63,564 bases of DNA, taken from assembly GCA_009103225.1 (NCBI GenBank), contig RHPI01002656.1, forward strand, positions 62,001 through 125,564. The letters are read 5' to 3'. Origin of the DNA: Chlorokybus atmophyticus. Taxonomy: Eukaryota; Plantae; Mesostigma and Chlorokybus algae. Shown here piece after piece: positions 56,401-63,564 of this stretch; position 1 is the first letter of the stretch; each line of letters starts with the position of its first letter. Both the position numbers and the translations under genes were made by a program. The notes beneath the pieces are model-generated. The model ran no database searches. It saw nothing but the letters and a program-made list of their open reading frames with translations, and was not told the origin of the DNA.

Positions 56401-59400
56401 CATCCTCAACTGCACGCTTGACATAGCGACCGCGCTGCATCACACTGTCCCCACCCTCAGTTGCTGTAGATGGGCAGCTGATGCTCTCCACAGACATCTT
56501 TGCAAGAGCCGAAGCCACCACTCGCGCGGATGGTGAACCTGCAGTAGCTTCATCGCGCCGCCTTGGTGGACTGCCCATGGCTTTGGATAGTGCAAGCACA
56601 AGAGCGCGAACGGCTGCAGACAAGCTGCTCAACGTGTCTGCGGTAACACATTTCTTCACAGCAACAGATGCTGGCTGCAGTGCGCGGCGCTCAGCGTCCG
56701 GTTCCAGATCGCTGCTTGGCTCTGCATTAAGCACAAGGAGTCAATGAGAGCAAACATACTGGTGAGATTTGGAAGTTGAAAACATGCAACAACAACCCAC
56801 CTGAATCTGCAGGGGCTGCGCTTTGCGCATCTGCTTCCTGCATGGCATCATCTGACTGCAACTGTCTGTTTGAGTAAGCATACTGCTCCTGAACCCCGAG
56901 CTGCCAAAGGACGGCGCGATGCACCTCCCCCAGGTCGAGTAATATCTGTGCACCTTGAGTGCTCAACTCTGTGAGCATGAGCCCGGATGTGCGACAAACA
57001 TTGGTAGTCAGCCCAGTCAGCGACTCCAACACTGAGAGCTGCTGCAGAAGGTCGCCGCGTGGTCGATCTTCCAGCTTTGCAACATTCTTGTTCAAGAGCA
57101 TTGGCTGGGCTTGCAACACCAACTTTAACTGGTCACGCAGCGCGTGCTTTACAGAGCGGGATAATGACGACGCATGCTGAGAAGCTAGTGCGCGGAATGT
57201 GACTGAAAGAGTGTGAGCAGCCGAGGTGTTGTTGAACAGCAGTGGCAAATTTGGCAACGAGTACAGCTGCAGCAGCCTATCAATGCCCTTTTGCTCGATG
57301 AAGATGCGGCTGCTCTCCACATTAGACAGCATGGACTCCAGCAGGCGTATTGCATTGTTGATGCACGTGAGCAAGAAGCTGGATTCACCCTTTGGCACTG
57401 ATGGTCCCGCGTCCTCTGCAGCAGCTGAATCCTCGTGAACGATGTCCATCGCAGCTGACGCCTCAGCTGGCATGCCAGATTCATTCCGCTGACCGCCAAG
57501 CTCCAGAATGGCCTTCAAAATCTCAATGCTAATTTCGATGCCAGCTGGCCGCAACGAGGGAACATGTCTCATAAGCTCATCTAGACCAGCTCCGAGCACT
57601 GATGGTGTGTCTCCAAGTAGTGCCCGTTGGTATGCAGGATTGGTAAATATTGCGACGAAGCAGTTCAGAGCCTGCGCCGACTTTACCATCTCCATGCCAG
57701 CATTGTTTAAGCAAAGGGCGATCAATGCGTTCGGTAGACAGCAGACTGCCTCTGAAGATGCTATGACACCTTTATTGATGGCTTCCAAGAACCTGTCCGG
57801 TAACCCAGCTGCTTGCAGTGCAGGGAATGCTGTCGGGTCATGGTGAATGAGGTCGCTGGTAACAGAAGCAGCCAGTGCAAACACACCAGCTCCAAACAAC
57901 TTCGTGTGTTGAAAAATTGAGGTTACACAAGACAACAGCATCCCGTCATCGCCCCGAGTGCGCGTATTGATACCGGGTGCATAGTTTGCAAGCGATATCG
58001 CACGTAGCAAAGCTTTGATCAGCAAGCGCTGAGCATATGGGACAGACGGCTGATCAACCAGAGAGTCATCTGCTGCATCCTGTTGGGCTCGGCCTTCCAG
58101 CTGTCTGTCTACCTCCAGTTTCAACCTTGTCACCATGTCCCGTACTCCACCTAAGTCACGGAAAAGCAACGAGGAGTTGCTGTAATCCATGAAGGCTTCC
58201 AAGATGTGTACGGCAGAGCTGACCAACTCCGTGTGCTGGGAATTCAAGTCTTTCAACAGTGGTAGAAGCGCAGGTATCAAGCCTGTCTCAGTAAGAGCTG
58301 AGCAACCGCTGGATGACGACACGAGAGCAGTCACCAGCGACATCAAGGCTTCTGCGAATGTCAAAGTGCAAGCCGTGCTTGCACTGGTCAATGACGTGAC
58401 CACCTTCTGCATGAGAGTGGACAGAACACCGCGATGCCCACCAGCAGTAATAGTTGTCGTCACTGATGTCTGTCGCGAGCGGTCTAGCACCTGAGCAGCA
58501 AGTGCCCGCAATGCCAGGGTTTGAATGTCCTCAGGAACGAGGCTGTCAGATTTCAGCAAGCTCACCAAGTCGCCAACAAACTCTGGCTCATTTGCAAAGA
58601 AGGCTGCAAGGCCGTCATGGTCGGGATTGATCTGCATAAGCGCCACAAATGCCAGCAACCGCAGGCGTAGGCACTTCCGTCGTGCATCAACATTTGCAAT
58701 GGATCGTGCAAACCGAAGCCTGACCAGCAAAGCGAATCTTGCACTTGGTGGTACAAGATAGTCGTCAATGAGCTGGTAGAGCAAAGTGCGCTCGTCAGCT
58801 GACTCTAGGTGCACATCCTGCTTGTGAATGACCTGCAAGCCATGCTTGATTGCAGACGCATCCCCTGAATCTATGTAGAAACCAAAGTGCAACGCAGCTC
58901 CATGCCGCAGTGCTCTCTCATCCAGCCCACTTGTGACTGCGCATTGAAGAAGACCCAGTCCCTCCTCCTTGCTGCCCCAGCCTTGACAGAGTGCAAACAA
59001 GTCGCTGCTAAGAGTCCCGGTTCCGGGCCATCTGGCACTGCGATTGGACTGCAGCGACCGCTTTGCAAAGGCCACCAATGTGTGGAGAGATGCAATGACT
59101 ACATCCAGATCTTGACACCGAAGCAACGCCACCAGGTGCTGTAACAACAAGCAATGTGTCAGATGATTAGCTGCGCAGGTTTCCTGGTCATGTGTTGCGT
59201 AATCTATAAGCGATTGTGTAGACTATAGCATCAGACTCACAACGGCCTTGTCAATACGCAAGCGCGGTGAACTCGAATTCGCTTGTTGTAACTGCAATCC
59301 TATCCAAACCGTAATAATGTAGCTAGCATCATTAGAGCCGATCTGTCAGGATATGCTGCTGACCGTGGTGAACCGACAAGTGATAAAGGTGTGCGCTCTA

Positions 59401-60217
59401 ACTGACTTACCTCAACGGAATTGTACAGGTGCTTGTTCGCGCAGTTGTCTAAAAGCAATGCAGAAACCCGAAGCACCTCCAAAACATCTGCAGAGGGGAA
59501 CCCAGAAGCATCCTGCACCTCGTCCTTGAGTTCTGCGTCGAAGCGAGGCAGTACGCAAGTTGCCAAATACGTGTCGAAGTAGTTGAACACATCAACCCAG
59601 TGCTGCAAATCGCCCTGAGCCCAGATTATCCGTTAGGATCCAAAAGCACGAGCACGCTATAACTGACATGCATGTTTAACAGCATGTATAGTGCAGAAAG
59701 CCAGCATGCAGCCTTTGCTCATGCAATAGCAATGAAGGCAACACAATACGCTGATTTGCCTGCCAGTTGGTTGAACAACTTTGCACTTTATAACCGTTAC
59801 ACACAACAATTCAGCTGTTCCATCACACAGGCAAGCACCTTGTCGAACTCCCACACGAGATTACGTAGGACGTCTGCGACGCCTTCGTACGGCGCAGCAG
59901 TGATCCGCTCCACCCATTCTTTGATTGGAGGAGGCTGCATACGGCAACGAATATGTACTAGGGTGCATTGCATGTTGAAGCACGAATCAATTTCACTCAA
60001 GGAAAAAAGCCTGGCTGATTGCAGTTGACAATAACCTTGATCTCATCAGCAACGCATATGCAACACAACTCAATGGTCACAAAACAACACATGCCACACT
60101 TGCCGCTAGCAGCAAACTCATTTGACTATACGTCAATTGAGCGCATAAACGCTGCAACGACAACCGCAAACGTCCTGTGCTTACGGTGTCAACTCCTCGC
60201 TTCTTCTTGATCTTCAT
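47422..60217 (-). CDS. UPL1: HECT E3 ubiquitin ligase, UPL1/UPL2 (HUWE1/Tom1) type, multi-exon with very large exons 59138-56801 and 56721-51650
   Basis: N-terminus [30 protein letters not shown] domain ([16 protein letters not shown]), UBM-like repeats [16 protein letters not shown] and [16 protein letters not shown], and HECT motifs [24 protein letters not shown] and catalytic PSAHTCFNQLDLP. The stop is TGA. Confidence 0.97.
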
Positions 60218-60457
60218 GGCGGCTACCCGCCTGCTTCCTCGCAATCAACCATCAACCTGAGGGGCGGCGAAGCCCTCAGCCAGTGGAGGGACGTAGTCGC
60301 CAGCCCCAGGGTAAGCGTTTCCCAGCGACCACAAACCCCTAGAGCAGCCTCGCTGTCCTCCTCCGCCTCCTGCTCCGCCCCCTCAACCGCCGCCGCCGGC
60401 TCCGCTGCAGCGCGCAACGCCGTGTAGCACAACACATTTTCCTTTCGTTTCCTGCGC

Positions 60458-60486
60458 TAGGGTTAGGGTTCGGTGCTTTAGGGTTT
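60458..60486. promoter_or_regulatory. Telo-box-like motifs in the divergent UPL1/HO1 promoter region
   Basis: TAGGGTTAGGGTT at 60458-60470 and TTTAGGGTTT at 60478-60486 (reverse complement of AAACCCTA). Confidence 0.5.
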
Positions 60487-60820
60487 GGTTCACCAACCCG
60501 GATTTAACAATCAGGTTTCGCCGAACTCGTTCACAGGACATGATGATGACGCGGCACAACGTCAGGCGTTTCTCAACGGTTTTGGCTTCATTCCGCAAAA
60601 AGCCACATCTCTGGCAGAGCAGGCTAGGAGCAGGCTAGGAGCCTACCGCTTGTGCACTGATATCATTTTTCGCTAAGTAGTACAAGTATCCTCAGCTGGA
60701 AACGGTGGCTGTACCGGCGGACGTGGCGGTTGCAGCGGCGGCGGCGGCAGGAGGAGGGAGGAGGGCGGAGCGGGTAGTAGTGGAGGAGGGAGTGATCGTC
60801 GGTGCTGTTGCTGCTTCAGC

Positions 60821-62509
60821 ATGGTGACCATGTTGGCGGAACTGGTTGTGCCCTGTGGGCAGCGGACAGCTGGCAGCCCTAGAAAGGCCACCCCCCGCTT
60901 CTTGTCGCTGCGGCCGCCGCGCCATGCGCTGCCGTCGTTGAGCTCAGCTGCCGCTGTGAAGCAGCAGGCCAGGCGGCCTGATCGCCTCGGAACGGTCTGC
61001 TGCACAGCGACTCAGGTGAGGATCTGAGCGGAGCTAATTGTGCTTGTTCTTCGTGCCAGCGCAGTACTACAGCTGCTTGCTCTGCCTCCCGTGATGCTGG
61101 ATCTTGGTATTAGCAGTAAGCAAATCCGCAGTATTGACCACCTGGCCAGCTAGGCAAGTTTTTTTCTTGCAACGTGGGGCACAACACGCTTGAGTTTGCA
61201 TATGGCGCAAGCCGCTTTGATTTCCGCGCGCATCAATGATTGCGTGTCTATGGCGATTGCGGGGAGTGTGTTGCGTCTTGGTTGATGTTGAGCTTGCCAG
61301 GTTGGTAGGGCTGTTAGCACTTCGGCAGCGACTTACGCACAACTCTGGGAGTAAACACATGTGTCCATATTGGTTCCATGCATACAGTTGCTTCGACTTA
61401 GGCTCATACAGTGTTGTCCCGCAGCCTGCCGCCTCCGCCTCCACCTCGCGGGCACGGCCAGGCGAGAAGAAGGGGTTTGTGGAAGAGATGCGGTTCGTAG
61501 CAATGAAACTGCACACCAGAGACCAGGTAACTGGTACAACTGACCGCAGTGCTGTGCTCTGTCACCAAGGCCAGACAGCTTGCAATTCTTGTCAATTGGA
61601 CAATGTCCTCTGAGAAGTCAATTTGGTGAGCATGCTGGGTTGGTCGTAAAGTCTATGTAACGCCTGTTGTGTTGCTCTTGTCAGGCAAAGGAGGGTCAGC
61701 AACAGGAGCACAAGAACCCATTGGCGCGATGGGAGCCGTCAAACACTGGCTATTTGCAGTTCCTCGTAGACTCCAAAGCGGTCTACGATTTTCTTGAGCA
61801 CACAATCAGCGCGTCTTCAAATCCAATGTGTAAGATTACTTCCGTGGCAGTTGCAGCAATCACGCTCGGTGCCTTGTACTGTGCATATCGGCAGCTGTTA
61901 ACAACTGTGTGATGGCAATTGCAGACGCCAAGTTTCGTTCTACGGGACTGGAGAGGTCTAAGGTCTTGGAGCAAGACCTGGCATGGTTTGCTGAACAGGG
62001 CTACGAGCTGCCCAAAGCGGGTCCAGCTGGTGACGAGTATGTCAAGTACCTGTCAAATCTTGCCGAGAACAACCCTCCTGCGTTCATCTGTCATTTCTAC
62101 AATGTCTACTTCGCGCATTCTGCTGGCGGGCGCATGATCGGCGCCAAGGTGCACATGCTGGAATTGCTGTGTATGGCTGCTAGTCTGAGCTGTGTGTTAG
62201 ACACTGATCAATGTGTGCACAGGTGTCGGAAATGCTCTTCAAGGGAAGAGAGTTTAACTTCTACAAGTGGGAAGGTGACCTGAAGGAGTTGCTGAATTCT
62301 GTGAGGGACAACATTAATGAAGTTGCCGAGGTACGCGCATAGTTGACATCTTCACTGATTGTTCTGTTTCCTTCTACCGCTGTGTTTTTACCGGGCTGTT
62401 GTGGCAGGGCTGGTCTCGTGAAGAGAAGGACGTCTGCTTGCAAGAAACAGAGAAGTCGTTTTCGTACTCTGGAGGCATTTTGAGACAGATCCTCGGCGGA
62501 GCCCACTAG
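60821..62509 (+). CDS. HO1: Plastid heme oxygenase (HY1/HO1), 6 exons
   Basis: Transit-peptide-like exon 1, then [72 protein letters not shown] and WSREEK..ETEKSF.YSG. Confidence 0.96.
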
Positions 62510-62651
62510 TTCCTATTGTTTTGAATTTTTCATTTCAGCAGGTAGTTCCTCATTGCCTTGGTCCGCATGTGTACAGATGATTGGCTAAGGCCACCAGTTA
62601 CAGTACAGTAGAGCAAGCCATAAAGCAACGGCAGCAGATATAGAATTTTGC

Positions 62652-62930
62652 TGACTAGTGTGCCAAAGACATACTCGTTGCCTGCAGTGCCAAGTATGCT
62701 TCATGCGGGTGTGATAATTGATAGACAGTAACTGGCAACAAGCTTTACTAGCACATTGCTGGTTTTGACTAGTGTGCCAAAGACATCCTCGTCACCTGCC
62801 ATTCGCCTAGTATGCTCGCGGGTGTGATAATTGATAGACAGTAACTGGCAACAAGCTTTACTAGCACATTGCTGGTTTTGACTAGTGTGCCAAAGACATC
62901 CTCGTCACCTGCCATTCGCCTAGTATGCTC
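62652..62930. repeat. Tandem array of about 113-114 bp, about 2.5 copies, downstream of HO1
   Basis: The unit TGACTAGTGTGCCAAAGACAT..GGGTGTGATAATTGATAGACAG..GCTGGTTT starts at 62652, 62766 and 62879. Confidence 0.93.
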
Positions 62931-63052
62931 TGTACGGGTGTGACACAACAGTTAGTAATTGACCTTAACTTGCAACACGCCTTAATAGTCTAGTGCTGGT
63001 TTTCAACGAGCTTTACTAGCACAACAGCCCCTGTGGGCAGGTGGTTACTGCT

Positions 63053-63224
63053 GCGTATGCATGCCTGACGGGGTGTCAACAGTAGTATTGTTAGCAGTTG
63101 GTTGTGTATCATTGAGCAGGTAGGTATGGTGCAGGTGATTATTATTGCGTATGCATACCTGACGGGGTGTCAACAGTAGTATTGTTAGCAGTTGATTGTG
63201 TATTGTTGAGCAGGTATGGTGCAG
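63053..63224. repeat. 94-bp-period imperfect tandem repeat, about 2 copies
   Basis: GCGTATGCAT.CCTGACGGGGTGTCAACAGTAGTATTGTTAGCAGTT starts at 63053 and 63147. Confidence 0.9.
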
Positions 63225-63564
63225 CACTGATAGCGGACGCTTGCATGTCAATGATGATACGGGACTCATCGTATGTCTGCGATTACAAGAAAGCGCCAGT
63301 ACCTCGGTAGCAAGTTAGGTGACATAACTGGCTGGATTTTGTCGCTGCTGGCTGTTGTCATATTGTCATGATGGTTGTTGCACATACTATGCATCATCAT
63401 TGCAAATGCACTGCACATTGTGTGTTCTCTCTCTCTCGCCTGGCATTGGCCGGAAAATAAATTGCCAAGCTGTAATATCACATACGTGCGCATGTCTATG
63501 GTATTGGCTGTGGTTGTGGTAGAGCATAGTGCCTCAACATGCACGAGTCCAATTCCCCTCAAGG

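Noticed and set aside
50281-58761. Many plus-strand ORFs of 60-276 aa
   Set aside because: They are antisense shadows of the large UPL1 exons, with no independent motifs.
60440-60500. Telomerase RNA template or interstitial telomere
   Set aside because: Only about 3 dispersed units are present, with no Pol III-type promoter or pseudoknot evidence. Telo-boxes are the simpler explanation.
60540-60660. Box C/D snoRNA candidate (ATGATGA ... CTGA)
   Set aside because: There is no terminal stem and no recognisable rRNA-complementary guide.
62652-62930. CRISPR-like array
   Set aside because: The units repeat in full with no unique spacers, the context is eukaryotic, and there are no cas genes.

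Overview
Eukaryotic nuclear DNA with compact, intron-rich genes, most consistent with a flagellated early-diverging streptophyte green alga. This is an inference: plant-type SPIKE1, UPL1, HY1, HDA14 and VSR homologues occur together with the cilia-linked ATAT1 and LRRC23. Twelve spliced genes could be reconstructed by hand: IDI (5' partial), FAH, HDA14, a VSR-type PA-domain-only protein, a beta-carbonic anhydrase, plastid RlmN, ATAT1, an LRRC23-like protein (3' truncated), a bacterial GlnA4-like glutamine-synthetase-family gene (5' truncated), SPIKE1/DOCK, HECT E3 UPL1 and heme oxygenase HO1. A 3,784-bp apparently identical duplication (25352-29135 = 35303-39086) sits where the missing halves of LRRC23 and the GS gene should be, and is probably a gap-filling assembly artefact. 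The most notable biology is: (1) an intron-bearing GlnA4-like probable gamma-glutamylase of bacterial type; (2) a DOCK GEF apparently lacking catalytic DHR-2 lobe C; (3) a secreted PA-only VSR fragment; (4) an in-frame His-rich continuation past the beta-CA TAG stop; (5) two or three GC-AG introns; (6) a hairpin-bearing spliced transcript candidate. Several decayed coding remnants and local tandem duplications are also present. No multi-gene novel system can be demonstrated from the sequence alone. All family assignments come from recognised motifs, not from database searches.
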